Source: Klebsormidium nitens (Eukaryota > Plantae > Klebsormidiophyceae). From it: a stretch of 64,000 bases of DNA. The DNA is taken from contig DF237447.1 in the NCBI GenBank assembly GCA_000708835.1, positions 4,042 to 68,041 on the forward strand, written 5' to 3'. Positions 25,481-39,639 of the stretch are shown here, in pieces (position 1 is the first letter of the stretch; each line of letters opens with the position of its first letter). A program made the translations under genes and the position numbers. The notes under the pieces were generated by a model. That model worked only from the letters and a program-made list of their open reading frames with translations. It searched no databases and was not told the DNA's origin.

Positions 25481-28400
25481 CTGCATCCCCGACAAATTGC
25501 TAACCAGGACTACTTATACTTCAACGCGTGTCTGACTGGATTCAAGTGGAGACTTCACCGAATTCTGAGTGACTCGCTTGTTGGAGGAATAATTTACCGA
25601 GCTGATTGCATGTGAGTCGAACAAGCTCCTAGCGAGATACGAATGGTCGGTCGCAGTTCCGCAAAAAGTAGTGTGTTTTGCGATCAACGAACAGGGATGA
25701 GGCGTGCAAGGGAGGGTGAATCCACTTAGTACAGTCCAATAAAGACGGTATACTGACTCTCGCGGGTTCAAAACGACCGCATCATGGGCCAAGCCGACTA
25801 GCTCGGAGATTATGACCATCCACGCGAAGGTGCCTGTTCATTCTACATCTCGATCAGTTACAAAGTAAAAGGCGGGCCATCAAAGCGCCTCCGTAACTGG
25901 AATACTAGAAAACCTGGGCAACGAGTTCAAGATCTTGGCATCTCAGCTAGCTTACGGCTGCTCTGTAAACCTACTCATGCAAAGCACCCCTGCGCCAGCA
26001 ACATACTACTTACTCATCTGATGGGTTGAGATCAATGAACCAGCTCTGAAGAGGAATCGGCAACATGAGCAACACACGTCAGCCGAAACCTAAGGTGATA
26101 GTATCCTGAACGAACATCCGCTGGTCGTCCAGTGACAAGAGCTCCAGACACGGAGATTAGAAAGAGCATCTTAAGACCTCTACAAGCAAAAGGCCGAAAC
26201 TCATGCGGTGCTGGACGGATGTTTCCCGTGTTTTACATCAAAAACACCGAAGATATAGGGGACGAGAAAATAAATAGTCGGTGATCCAGGATGCCCCCCA
26301 TGTACTCATTACGCTGTCGCAAAGCAAACGGGTACTCAATCAAACAAGACGCGGTCCACGACTGTACACCCATCTTTTCAACCATCTGAAGGTTGATCGT
26401 CTCGAGAGGCAGAAGTAGACTGGGTGAAGGCAGCTAGCACCATGAGAAGGAAAGCAAGGAGATGGGGAAGCAGAACGGCTCCAGTCACGAGTCGCTCCGA
26501 GTTTTCCGGCCGCCTGCCAACGACGGAGTCAACATGATTCGATAAACGGATATTCGAATTGAAGGGATCTCCAAACGTACGTGATTCCCGCTGAATGATT
26601 TTAGCTTCACGTGACCGTGCATCTAATGGTTTTGGAGACGTGAAAGTCGAGGCCAGAAAGCGCATGATATACACGGACAATGCAAGCGAAGCGGACTCAT
26701 CAAAGCGACCAGCATGTAGGGTGGAGATACCCCACTAAATGGTGACAACGGGTAAGGAATTGAGCTTGGACATGCAACACGGCATTGCATCGTCACCTCA
26801 GGCTTTCCAGCGTCGGTTCGAGCAGAAGTCCGAAGTTGACTAAATTAACGGACTCATGTTGCTCAATAAAGTGCTGTTGATGATCATCTTGATCCTTGCA
26901 CGTTCGTTTGATGGACACAAACAACCACTTGGCTGAAGCCAAGTCTTTGGTCATCCGTGCCGTCCACAAAATCGAGGCTCTGAAAAATCATAATGTCCAA
27001 ACCACTTGATTGAGATTGACAAAATGGCCTCAACGTTTTTCCGACAAATTTGTAGAAAATGAAAGCGAATTGCCTCAGGTGACCTTGGAGGGACGCGCGT
27101 TCGAGGTAGCCAAGCACGTCACTGAGACCTAAGCTCATCGCGACGGGCACTCACATGTGCATCGACCCGTTGACGTAGGGTAGGTACGTATGTGGATGCC
27201 AGTTAGCAGTGTGGACTTGCGATTGTAGCTGCTTGTGAATTCTGGATGTGACGAGGGGATAATCGAGGCCACAACAGCCGCAAGTGAACATACGATCAGT
27301 GCCTACGGTCCCGAAAGCTACATCACGCAGGGAACGACTTCCACCAGGCTGATACGAAGTTCACGATCAACCAAGTGAGGTGCAAACGGACTGAGACAAA
27401 AAAACAGCTGGCGGCATATGCTAACTGGAGAATCAACTTGTTGGGCAAACTAACGTGTGCCAGTCGCCCACATCATCCGATCATCCTTGCCGCTTGGTAA
27501 TGGGGAAAGAAACAGAAGCAGGAGAACACCGAGACTGCACTGGCTACATACCGTCCGCACGACGGTGCGTACCAGATGCATAATTTCTTGTGACTTGAAA
27601 ACGGCAAAGGAGCCAAGACGAAGCATGGTCAACAGATGTCGCGAGGATGTTACAAGGAGGCTCCGGAACATCAATAGTAGATTGTGTAATCGACCTTCCG
27701 GCAACGACGTGTTCGAAACTCACCTTCCCCTCTACGGAGCTTTTGTCGCTGAAAACACGACACGCTTCCCAGCCCAAGTAGCCACTGCCACATTGCAGCA
27801 CCCAATCAAATGGCGCAAGGGCAGTGTTAGTACTTCCAAAGTAATGGTGGCAAGCTGCAATGTTTTGGGATGGGTTGCGGCAGTTCCGACGGGCCCGCGC
27901 AAACAGTGCGCAGCGTTACAGTCGAAAAAGCTGGAGGACGCTAAAAACTGACTCCTACGTGGCAGTTGCCAGCTTGTATCCAATAATGTGAATCATCCAG
28001 GAATCAGACTCCAGGTATATCTACGGCGTCGACTCCGAAAAGTTCACAATCAAGTGCGCGATGCGCAGGGAGCGTAAACGACTCTTCATGACCGAACTCA
28101 TTGAGCAGGTAGGTGGCCAGGGACAGTCTCCACATCCACTCCAAGACATCATTTCTTCCAAGGTCTAAGATCAATCTGAAACACAGACGAGAAACTACCC
28201 AAGCGAACGAACATGGGTTGAAAAGGAGCAATTGCAGACCACGGTCTTCCAAGCAAAGATTGAAAAGTAGCGCGCAAATGCGCGCGGCATCAGGTCCTAA
28301 GAAAAGCTGCCAGTGAGCAGCCAGAAGGGCGCCAATCCTCACCGAACACATAGCTTACGATTCGGCCAACTGCTGTTGTGAGCATTCTTAGAGAAGCATA

Positions 28401-31339
28401 CATGTGATTCCGGAGCAGCCCAGTGAAACAAATGTGATTCTTGTGATCGACGGAATGTGGCGACCCCATCAAGCATTGAGTCGAGCAGCTTGGACGTGCC
28501 TGCGGCTTAATGTGCAGGTTTGGAATCGTCTCAACCTCCAACATCCTTGTGATTGTATGCCCTAAGGAATTGCGTATACATCGATCAGATTGTTTAGCAA
28601 TCCCAAGATTTATCACTTGGAAGGTAGAAACGCACAACACCATCCATGCATGTGTGCGCGGCTAGGGGCATGTGTGAATAGGGAACTCCAGTGGGCAGAA
28701 CAACAGATGCCCGAATGCCCCTTTCATCCTTGCCGCTTGGTAACGAGGACAGACACAGAAGCCCGGCATCATCAGATAGGTAGTGAAAAACTTTCAGGAA
28801 CAGTGCGGGCTACAATTGCTGAATTGTAGCCCGCACTCAGTTGAACTCGGCGAGAACACTTATGCAGAAGAACGCGTTCATTGCCTGAAGCATTCACAAG
28901 CTGGCCCGAAACACCTACTCGGATGCAAGACAGCCCCCAAAGACCTTAATCGCCTCTATGAAGCTTCCGCATCGATGACAAATTCAGACACTTCTAGCTG
29001 AATTCTAGTGTAGTAAGCGCCGTCGCACCCATGCCGCGACGGCAACCGGACATTCACGCGGTGCTGGCGGCGACCCCAAAATCTGACCTGAATCTGCAGA
29101 TTTCATTGTAACCCAGTGCCAAGCGAAGGGAAGGTATTCGAACAATTATGACAACGTAGCGGCAGGCCGATGGGCCACTGCTAAGTGGCAGGCTCTACAA
29201 GCTATGGGCTTTTCGTTCCGCAATATTTCATCCGAAAGAAGCAAGCTCCCACTGGTTCGGCTCTGACCACGGATCAACATCCAGTGCGCGGATCGCAGGG
29301 GTTGGACTTACATCATTGCCGAAGTCCGCCAAATCAAGCAAGATAGCCCAAAACCTGATCAAATGGCGCTCTTACAACGGCGCTTTCCAACTTACTGTGG
29401 CGCAAGGGCAAGGTAACAAGTTCCACTGCCAGTTGTAAGCGGTTTCAGGGCTTTCATGAAAAAGACGGTAACAAAGTGGTAAAAGCATCTCTCGTTAGTG
29501 AATCAGCTTCATAAGAAGGCTGAAGCGGGCTCAAAACTCCACGACAATTACCCTTGGGGGCAGGTGCTTCCTGCCAAGGTCTTGCATCGTCATGGCCCAC
29601 AAGAAAACTGTGGCTGCAAGAGGCCCGCAAGAGGGCTCTTGTGAACTTGTTCAGATCGTCGACGTTTGCTAAGCTCGGTCAGTACACGGATACCTTGCAA
29701 ACAATTGTAAACGGCGATTCTCCAAAACAGCTGGTCTCCATCAAGCCGGTAATTAAAGGGCCAGCTTGCACTGCAAAGAGTTGTATCTCTCTTATCCCAA
29801 ATATGTGGATGCCACTCCCAACCTAACCACCATCAGAATGGCGCAATGAGGAGAACATCCAGGCAGACCAAACGGCAGAAAATGAAAGCTTGGCGATGAC
29901 AACCCAAGCTTTACGCTTGAGCCGAGTGCCATCTTGAGATGACTCATTTTTGTAGAAAGGGACTCGAGCGCGTCCAAAGGCTTAATCCACATCATATGAA
30001 GGTATAAGCTCCAGAACGTTGGATGGCATCCCCAGAGAGGGAAAGCTGGTGTGAGACGAAACAGCTCACCAATTTCATTATCATCATGGCCACGGAAAAA
30101 GCGGAGATGGACTTTCCACTACAACTGCTCCGAAAGCCGACCGTAAATGCGCGAATGCAAAACCTATTTCAAAGTAACCTCAGCGACGGAACTGGAAGAG
30201 GAGGGAAGCGGATCAGAATCAAAGGCGCATGCCCGCTTCCGACCGTGCCGGACTCCGATCAGGCGTTCTAAGAACGACAGACTGTGAGCAATCATGAGCC
30301 CATGTCCGCAAAAAGCCGGTTGAAACAACGACGTGTATGAAAGTCCCCACGTTCTGAATATATACCTGTTGCTCTAACCGTTGATGGAACCGCCGCAAAT
30401 CTTTCCCGCACACATTGCCATTGGGTGATGTTGACGCCCCAGCCGTTATGAGGCACATAAACTCGTTGCCAAAAGCAGCACACGCTAGACGCGTTTAGCG
30501 GAAAGAAGACATAACTTCGTAGGCTAGGCGGTGTCAATTGCCCGTTTCGGATCTGCCGCTTGGGCGATTAAGACCGAAAGCACGGGGTCAGCCGGTTAAT
30601 TGCCGACCTTTTGCAGCTGTTTTCGATCCCCCGGAGTTCCCGCAACTGTATTTGGACAACTTGAAGCATCTGGAAATTCTGAAGCGTGGTCATCAGTGCA
30701 AACGAGGGGCCCTTATAAGCAGAAAAAAGAAACGGGCGGGCTCTACAGATCGCCAACGTGTGAGACGCCTTCAACCCTTGAAAGATGAAAGCAAGCGAGT
30801 GCCTTGAACTTCAACCTACGTGGCGACACCCTTAAAAGTGCGCGCTTCGATGCTACTTGTAACTCAAGGCACCGGCTTAGGCGGGAGTACCCAACGACCC
30901 GTTGAGCTACACTCATCAAGGAGGACCTTCCTCATTGCCCTGTAATATTTTTCGAAGCATTCAAGCATGGGGAGTGAGGACGCCTGAAGCCAAAAATTTG
31001 CATATCGACTCCAGGGAGGTCATGCAGCCCGTGGCAGACGTCAGAAGTTTCCAGACATAGTAAAGCAAGAACAACGTAGAGCAAGAAGAGCTAGCAGGAT
31101 GAATTGGAAGACCTATATATCTAACGAGGCGGCCGACCATTAGCCCAGTCGCCCGTTTCTTTCTCGGTTGGTACTGGTATTAGAATGAAAGCACAGCCGG
31201 CCGGACTCCTTGTTGAACGACTTCGCGCGACGACAACATTATCACCAGATGCATAACGAAGTGTTGTTGGAATTGACGAGGAGGCGATTGCGAAAGAAGA
31301 CGTGTTGATACCCTGTCAATCTCGCAAGCAGACTGAGAA

Positions 31340-31910
31340 ATTTAAGGTGGCAGACTACAGCTTCCTATGACGACGTCTAAAACAACAACTATAAAAGAGC
31401 CTTCGTGTCGACGACTACACGACACGCTCTGGATTAAGTGAGCACCTTGGAAATGCTGCAGCAGCCGATCCACTTCCTCCAAGGTAAGCTGATCGTTGCC
31501 CCGGTGCTGGCAGCAAATAGTAAGATTTAGCCGGCACTTACAACAAGGCGCTAGCAAAAGCTGCTCAGAGATCAGAGCGAAGCTCGAGGCGGGATTCAAA
31601 CACAATTGCGGGCAGGCGCACCACCGCGGCCAATTGGCAGCCGGATTCCAAAACTAAGGTTTGAAGGTTCTTGTTTTGATTGAGAAGCTCCCCTTGCCTT
31701 TGGGTATCGGCTCCGACAGGAGAGTTTCTGCGCAAAGCAATTGAACACACAGCATCAACGATGTCATGCCGTCTCATCCCCGACAGCAAGTGGTAGTCTC
31801 CATGCCAAGACATAGTGTTCTGCAATTTAAATTTATTGGTTGGCAAGCGTTGCGGGACTAGCCTACGAGAACCACACATCAGGGTTGAACCGGAGCGGTT
31901 TTTCACCTAA
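31340..31910 (-). pseudogene. Possible decayed LRR (RNI-like) coding fragment
   Basis: The translated fragments LLNQNKNLQTLVLESGCQL and CRLNLTICC..DQLTLEEVDRLLQHF have LxxLxL spacing. This is pattern resemblance only. Confidence 0.25.
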
Positions 31911-32519
31911 GCTATGCCAAGTTGTGATGGATCAAAAGCAACCGTCTGCAATTGCGTGGCGTCAGAATCAAAGATGGAGCGTGTGAACAGCCTTTAGGCA
32001 GACATATCTCTGCCACTCAACACTTTCAGTCATTTTTGCAACTAGAAAATGCTACGCCTGCTTGCTAGCAATCTTGCCGCCTCAAAAAGCCCCCTTGATC
32101 ATCGACGAGCCGGAGCGTGATTTGAAGAGCTGGTCGCTGGAGTGATATCGCAGCACGGAAACAAAATTTGGAAAGCCAGTGTCGTTGCAAGGATCCGTAA
32201 CGGTTGTCCCGAGTAGCTTAGATGCCTACGGCTAATAGTGTGCCGGGTCACGAGTCTTGCAGTTGGTACAGCAACCAGTGGGCTAGCTGATTGCGCATTC
32301 ACAAGGGTCACAAAATCGTCACATACACGGAAACCTGACAGATTCAAAAGCAGAGACGCTTGCAGACGTGATAAAAGTCCAATGCCTACGCAGGGAACAA
32401 TCATAGTGTCAAGTTCGGCCAGTGATCCAAGACAATTAGTTTGTGAGCAGTTGTAGTTGTCTTTTTAAACGTGCAACTACTAGGCGGCCAGCTTTCGACG
32501 CTGCTTGGCTCCACAAACA

Positions 32520-33660
32520 ACGGTGGAGCCACCGGAAGGGGGGCCTAGCTCCTAATAAGAGAGGTTGAGTCTGGACATGGTTGCAAGCAATCAGCTAAGG
32601 CCAGTTGTCTCATACATCACTTTGCGGCATCACACAATTGAAGATCGGAGAAGGTTCGGGTAGCACAAGTACATGCCCGACAAGTCCATCCGCTCATTGC
32701 CACTTTGGACAAAACAGCCCAATCAAAGTTACCCGCCCACTTGAGAAACATACCCCGTCTTTTTGCGAATTGCCCGCAGGGCAGATACGGCGACAGGTGT
32801 CATGAACATGCAGCCAGACTGATGCAAGGGCCAGGCAGGGGAAGTCGGTGTCGCAAACAGGTGTAAGTGGTCTTGTCTGATCAATTTCACGACCAGGACG
32901 ACCTAGCAAACACAAATAGATGAATCGGTACAATGGCACACCTTCATAGAGCATATTGTAGACGATGGTGAGAATGGACAAAGCTACCTGTAATGACACC
33001 TTACAAGCGGCGGTTTTTGGTCCAAAAATGCAGTGTTGTCGCCACAGAAACGGGTCATCAGCAAAATCATCTGGCGACGGATGTCTGAATCGTGGAAGCA
33101 GAATAATCATGTGTTTTGCTAGGCTGTCATCAAACAAAACAAGCGAAGTACACGAACGTTTTGCGCGGCAAACTTCCTGCTGACGAAAAAGTTAGTCAGC
33201 ACTGCTCAACACATACCGAGTCTCTAAACTGGCCGCCAGTGCTTGCAAAAAGTCGGAAACTTCCAAATCTGCGGTGCTTGTCCGTGTATGACTGTGTCTT
33301 AACGATCTGTCTATCATAGCCCTCCAGGTTAGTGTTTCCGACGCACGAATGGGACCCCACAACTATAAGCCACCCGCGTGCCTCACTTGCTTAGTAGAAC
33401 CCCTCTCCAGGTGGGCTAACGCAGACCGCCAGCAACATACAGGCTCGCGGGCAGTGATTGGCGGGGAACACACCTGGCAGAGAGAGGGGATAAATGAGGG
33501 AGATATGACTACATCAGCACGTTGTTCTGCACATCAACAAGACTGCTGCTTCCCCGAAATGCGATGGAAGGCTGATGATAAACATACGCCGACAAGCGCA
33601 TTGCGCTTCTTTTCTATGTCATCAATTGCAAGGCTTCAAGAAACGTGCACAAAGTAGAGC
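32520..33660. repeat. Duplication B, copy 1 (partner at about 37130-38300)
   Basis: Anchors GCCACCGGAAGG, TTTGCGGCATCACACA (32621/37238), TCGGTGTCGCAAACAGGTGTA (32845/37465) and CCCTCTCCAGGT. Offset about 4.6 kb. Confidence 0.82.
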
Positions 33661-36600
33661 GAGTAGAATGGAAGATGCGCAAAGAATAGCTTGGGCGCCG
33701 ATTTTTCCAACAACTTCAGCCCAATTGTCCGCATGCCAAGTCTAAGCGAGACGAGTTGCAGCCAAATATGCCGCCCGTTTCTCACCTTCGCAACCAGGTT
33801 AGCCCTCCTACGAACGCCCGCCCAGACCGCTAAGCGTCCTGGCTCCTAATGCAGGTTGATCCGCTCAGGTGATTGCAAGAGGACGCAACTGAGAAAATAG
33901 AAAAGGGCGTCAGAAAATGTTGCATCAGCCTTTGTTTGCAAGGATTGGACACGTCCTTCCCGCAGCTAGATGAGTGTGAGATTAGCGTAGACATTGTCAA
34001 AGCTGAATCGTAGCATACTTGCGAGCTATCTTTTGTATGGTAATACCCAAGACGTGAAATCGCATCAACCCGCTCTCCAAACGAACAGTGACAGTCATTA
34101 CACGCCTTAATCCCTCGACGGTATGCGAGGTTAACCTCGTAGAATTCAACAAGGAGTTGCGAGATGGCCATAAGGCAGTTTCCGCGCCTGTCATGCCCAC
34201 GTGGTAGCCACACGTGGAGTTTACGCGCGTGGCGACCCGATGCCGAGTTTTCGCATGATTGAACACTGGTTCGAATGTTCAGATTGTGAATTGAGCATCG
34301 GCTTCAGTACGTACCCCAAATCGACTATTGAGCGGAAGCTCAAGGAAGGGACCTCATCATAGCCTCGTCGTACACTCGATGTACATGACCATGTAACCGG
34401 TGAGGCAGGCCCTAAATCCGTACCCTTTGCTCGAGTATATCGGGTGTGCAGAAGTTACTGCTATTCAAGTCTACAAGACAGTTGAAGCAGCTTTCAGCTA
34501 AACATTCAAACATGGGCAGGCAAACCGGTGTCGAGAGAACATCTCATCCTTGCCACCTGGCAAAGAGAAGGAAAGCGCGGGGTCGACTCTTCGCCCAAAT
34601 TGAAAAAGGTTCCGCACCGACAGCAATGTCGCTGAATAACACGTAAACTGGCCAAGTGCAAAATGGACTGGACAGATTTCTTGTAAGCTATAAAGAACGG
34701 ACATCCGGACAAGAAAGGGGATGAGCCAAACGTTGACGAGCAAACCGGCCGGCTCGTCGAGATTGACATTAAGTGGATTGCCCATGATAACAACGGTACG
34801 CAAGCACTCTTGCCTTAGACACGTGGCCACAGGACGCCTAGTTAGTCGCCTCTCGACAAGAATATAAGATGCTAAGACGTGTATCGGGAGCATTGGCTTA
34901 ATTAAGCGGGTTGTCAAACAATCTCACGTGAGCGCAGCACAAGGGATGAACCTCATCATGGCCATGTACTTCTGAAAATGCATACCGGGCGAGACATCCA
35001 GATTACTAAACCTGTATTCAAGTACTCTTATATAGGGACTTCAATAGTCAACTCCTGAAAAACCACTCGTGGCTGCGCGCAAAGGAGCCCCGGAGACACT
35101 TGGTAACTTTATGGCTAACAACATCCATTTGCACAGCCAGAGACGAGAGTCGAGAACTAGTGCGAATAAACGGCGTCGGATCGAGCAAGGATCTGTTGGC
35201 TGGGGTGCCTTACGGCGCTCGGGCTGTCACTTGCCACAAACGAAAGGGAGACTGCTTGAAGAGTGAAGGTACGTTTGGTAGTGTTCACCTATGCTGGCGG
35301 CTTCAGACAAATGTTGAAGAGATGATTTTGCGCTGAAGCCCTAAAAACACACTCGTCATTGCCGTTTATCTGACACATCCTTTGTAAAAAGTCTTCAAAC
35401 GACTTCCAAAAGAGTCACTAAATGGGGCGGCTTTGAGTTCACGTTTAGCGAACACACAAAGCCCTAATCTCGCCACAGATGACGGGCGCTCACACAGATC
35501 TGTAGACATGAGAGGTTTCATATACTGGAAAAGAAATTGTACACATCCAGACCAACTTGGCAAGGAATTACTAATCAGACTCGTGGGCTGATTGTTTCAA
35601 GAATCGCTGCTTTCAATATCCGCTTTTTGCAATCCACATATGGTGATCGGGGGATATGGTGGAAGCCACAGCCACCGCAGGCAGATTCAAATGTCACGGC
35701 CGCGCAAGCTAAGTGCATGAAACGTCTTTGATCAGGTCGATACCCATCTCAAAGTTCAGTCTCATACATGCAACCGCAATGGGCGAAAGTACCTGGCGGC
35801 ATATGCTAAAGGCAAAACCTGAAGCGGCCTGGGTGAACTCGCGGGTGCGGCCCAGTCGCCCACATCATCCTTGCCGCTTGGTCCCAAGAACAAACTTGAA
35901 ACCGTTTTCCCAAATTTTCTAGATCAAGGAGTCTCTCAAAAAAGAAGCAAGTGTCTCAGGGTTCGAAAACAATCAGGTTTTTGAAAGCTCTGGACCCCAA
36001 AATAAACCATTGCAAGCATTAACCAGGCACGATAGGTGAGTTGCGGATTCGCTGCATTCCAACGACTCTCAAAAGTTCACAGAGCAATGCTCTCAACGGA
36101 TGGCTCCTTTGGACCTGACCAAACGACGAGTCACAGTTGTGCGGTGAAGCAGTGACGGTACAAACGGTGATCGCATGCTCACTTGTGCAACAAAGACGGA
36201 TGAGAGCAAAACGGAACCGCTTGTCCGAATGACAGGGTAAACAACTTGAAATTGGAGCTGGCTTCGAAGTCTGAGGGACAAGAGATTGATGGGCCCGGTG
36301 TTCCCTGCCCCGTCCCCTTGTCGTCCTGGTCGACAAACGCCTGTAACGCTACGAGAGGACTCATGCGCCTGTGTTCCAGAAATCGACGAGTCGACAAACT
36401 TGTGCTTGAATGAGCTTTAGCACCCGCTAAAAGGAAGAGAAAGGCGCACGTTTGCATGGCCAAAGTAGAGGTTTGCAGCACTTCTTCTAATCTTGTTGTT
36501 ATACTAAGGGCCCGACCCCTTAACCAGGGTCGAAGCTGCCTTTAGAGAATTTAAGAACGCGACAAAATGCGCTCTAGCACAAAGGCGGCTGATATCTGGT

Positions 36601-37129
36601 ACTACAGATTTTGCGAGCAATTTGCCAACTTTTGATAACTCGAACGGGTTGAAGCGCTCTTAGAGTAGTTCCATCTCAAGAAGATGGGGGTCAAACTTAC
36701 GCAAAGACGAATTGGCTTCTGTGACACTGGTACAAGTGAGTTTGAACACCTCACCAAATTTGTTCTCATCATTGCCACGGAAGAACCCAATGAGCGAAGA
36801 CTGCGGATTGCACGTGCTATGAACTGCGCACACTACATGATTAGAGACGAATTTTCAAGAGAAAGGCTCATTCAGCGCCTTAAAACTCAGAGGAGAACGA
36901 ATGCAATTCAAACTTTAAAAGCGCATGGACGCTTCGGCCCAGGCTGGACAATATCATGTTATTATGCAGATGACTACTAAATCAGGAGCGCTTGAGCAAG
37001 TGACAAATCGTCCCGTGTCCTTGCAAGGGACGGTTATTTACGTCGCCGGCAATCAAGAACCCGTCTGTGAGCACACTGCCCCCGTTAATTGCGCGCAACC
37101 GTTGACCAGCATCCAACGTTGCTTAGCTT

Positions 37130-38300
37130 CACGGTGGTAGCCACCGGAAGGAGGTGCTCAATGCGAAGATGGTTGCAGCTTCAATGGACATGCATGGTGG
37201 CAGGAGACCAGCTAAGGCCAACTCTCTGATAGAATGCTTTGCGGCATCACACAAAGGAAAGAAGGGAGCTTTGGGTAGCACAAGTGGGCCCCGACGGCTC
37301 CCTTTGCATCATCGCCACTTTGGTCAAAAAGAAGAGCGCCCAATGGAAGCTACCCCCCAAATCGACAACAAACCCCGTCCTTTTGGCGGATTCCCGCAAA
37401 GCAGACGCGGCGTCGGGAGTGAGAACGTGCAGCCAAACCGATACAGAGGCAAGGCCAGGAAGTGTCGGTGTCGCAAACAGGTGTATTTGGTCCCGTCAAG
37501 TTCGAATTCACGACTTGAATAACATGCGTACACAAAAGGATCAAGTGTCAAACGGCACGTTTTAAGAAGCAGGCTGAAGACAATGGTTTGCAGTCAAATA
37601 GAAGCGAACTGTATTGACACGTCACAAGCGGCATCACTGTGACGGAGCATGCTTTGCTGTTGGTATACAAATGGTTATCAGCAGATAATCTGGGGACAAT
37701 CTCACTCGGGAACGTGAAATGAGTTTGTGTCAAACAGGCTGCCATTGATAGAACGGGTGAACTACATGGCTGTTGCACACGCAATCTTCTTCCGAACCAG
37801 GAAATACACCCCTCAGCACAAATAACCTTCCTCGCTTGGCCTTTTCTTGCGAAAATAGTGTAATCCCTAACTTACGGTGGTGTTACCTGTATGACCGTGA
37901 CTCGGCAATCTCTGAATCTTGAACCTCTGATCAGCATTTGCGACGTACAGATGTCTACGGCCCGATTTATGTGCGACCTGTGGCTTACTTGCTTGGTAGA
38001 AAGCCCTCTCCAGGTAGGCCGTCGCCGACCGCCAGCAATGTGTTGGCTCGCAAGGCGAAACGTGAGCAGTAGTTGGCACACAACTGGCAAGAGAGAACGA
38101 GTTGAGTGAGAAATGACAACATCAGCACATAGATCCGCACATGAACAAGACTACTGCAACTCAAATCTCCAATTTAAAGATCATTCAAGGTAGACAAATG
38201 CGTTCCGCTCTTTTTGAGTGTTCAAAATCAGGAAGGGAAAAGAGCAAAAGTGAAACACAATGTGAAAACGTCCAAGAAGTATGGTGGACAGACAGTCCCA
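37130..38300. repeat. Duplication B, copy 2
   Basis: Colinear direct copy of 32520-33660 (anchors as above). Confidence 0.82.
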
Positions 38301-39639
38301 GCTCCCTAAACGCTCATATGTGCGCGGAGCTGAAGCATCGCAACAACGGACTTCCGCATGCCTCATGAGGCATGGCCCTGAATTTGAGTGTCCGATTTGC
38401 AGGGCACGGCAAGCACGAGGACTTAGGCTCCGCCAGGTGGCAATAGGTTCAAGTTACTTAACCTTCGCATGAAAATCCCTTGCTCTTCAAGCATAGGCAT
38501 CAGCTTCGGCAAATCCACACAGAATTCTCCTGAGCTGCGCTCAAGAATTGGACCTCATCATGGCCGTGCAAGATCCAGCCTCCGCTAACCATGAAAGCTT
38601 TGAGGACCGCATGTTAGCAAAAACTTTCTCCGTTGGTCTGTCATATCTCTTGTAGGGAGTATGTACGCCAAGAAACCGTGCAGGTAGCCAAGACAAACCG
38701 AACAGCGCTTGACCGCAAAGTCGTACAAATTTGACACCAAACACACCAGGTTGGTTGCGGACATGCGGCATCAGATGGTTCCCAGCAATCGGTGAGCTCC
38801 CTCAAGGCACTCCATTCCTTGCCACCAACTAGTGGGTTGCAGCGGATGACGGAAAGAAAACCAGTGGTACAGTCGACAAATGATCGTGGACGCTGGCGCG
38901 TTTAAGAAACCATCACTCGTCCTTGCAACAAGCGCAAGAGTCTGATCACCATCTCGTCATATAGTCGCAGACATCAAGACGTCATATCAGGATGCGATTT
39001 GAAAGAACAAACGGGGAGTCACGAAGCAAAAGGCCGGTGATCAAAAGCTCCCAAGGCGAAAAACGCAGCCCAAAACCCAAAAGAGAATCTACGCATTACC
39101 GCACCCCGAGGTTTGCGGGAGAAATGAAGCCCCCAAGGGTAAACGGTAAGCGGTTTGTTTGCAGCACTTGATGAAAAAACTTCTTTGTTGAGCAGGAGTG
39201 TTGGACCGTCCGGCTGATTTGTATCCTAAACAAAGCCCCCTTATTCGTCTGATAGACTGCAAAAGAGTCATCCGACTCTGAAGGCAGCGAGACGAGGAGC
39301 TACAATTCAGATTTGATTCGAATGAGTCAGCTCAAACGGCGGTGACCTGATCGCGCAACGTTAGCGAGGTCCGCAACACGGAGATGTCAAGTGCCCTTTC
39401 TGAAGCCCTTGCCGAACACGTCACTTCTGGACATCAAACCGCATCCTTGAGAAGCGAATCTAGTAGCGAAAAGCTAATGTTGATAGTGCGGCACTGAAGA
39501 GATGCGTTTCAGCCCTTGTAATTCAATAATGCACTCTCAGACGGAGGAAGGGGTTCCGATTAGGGAACTCCGCACGTTGGAAAGCTTGGGGCAGGCTCAG
39601 AATTGTTGGCAACAGACTGTTCATTGAGCTCAGTGCCGG

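Noticed and set aside
27457-27951. 164-aa plus-strand ORF, and similar plus-strand ORFs across 5-48 kb
   Set aside because: They are antisense to the motif-bearing strand and have no recognisable domain.
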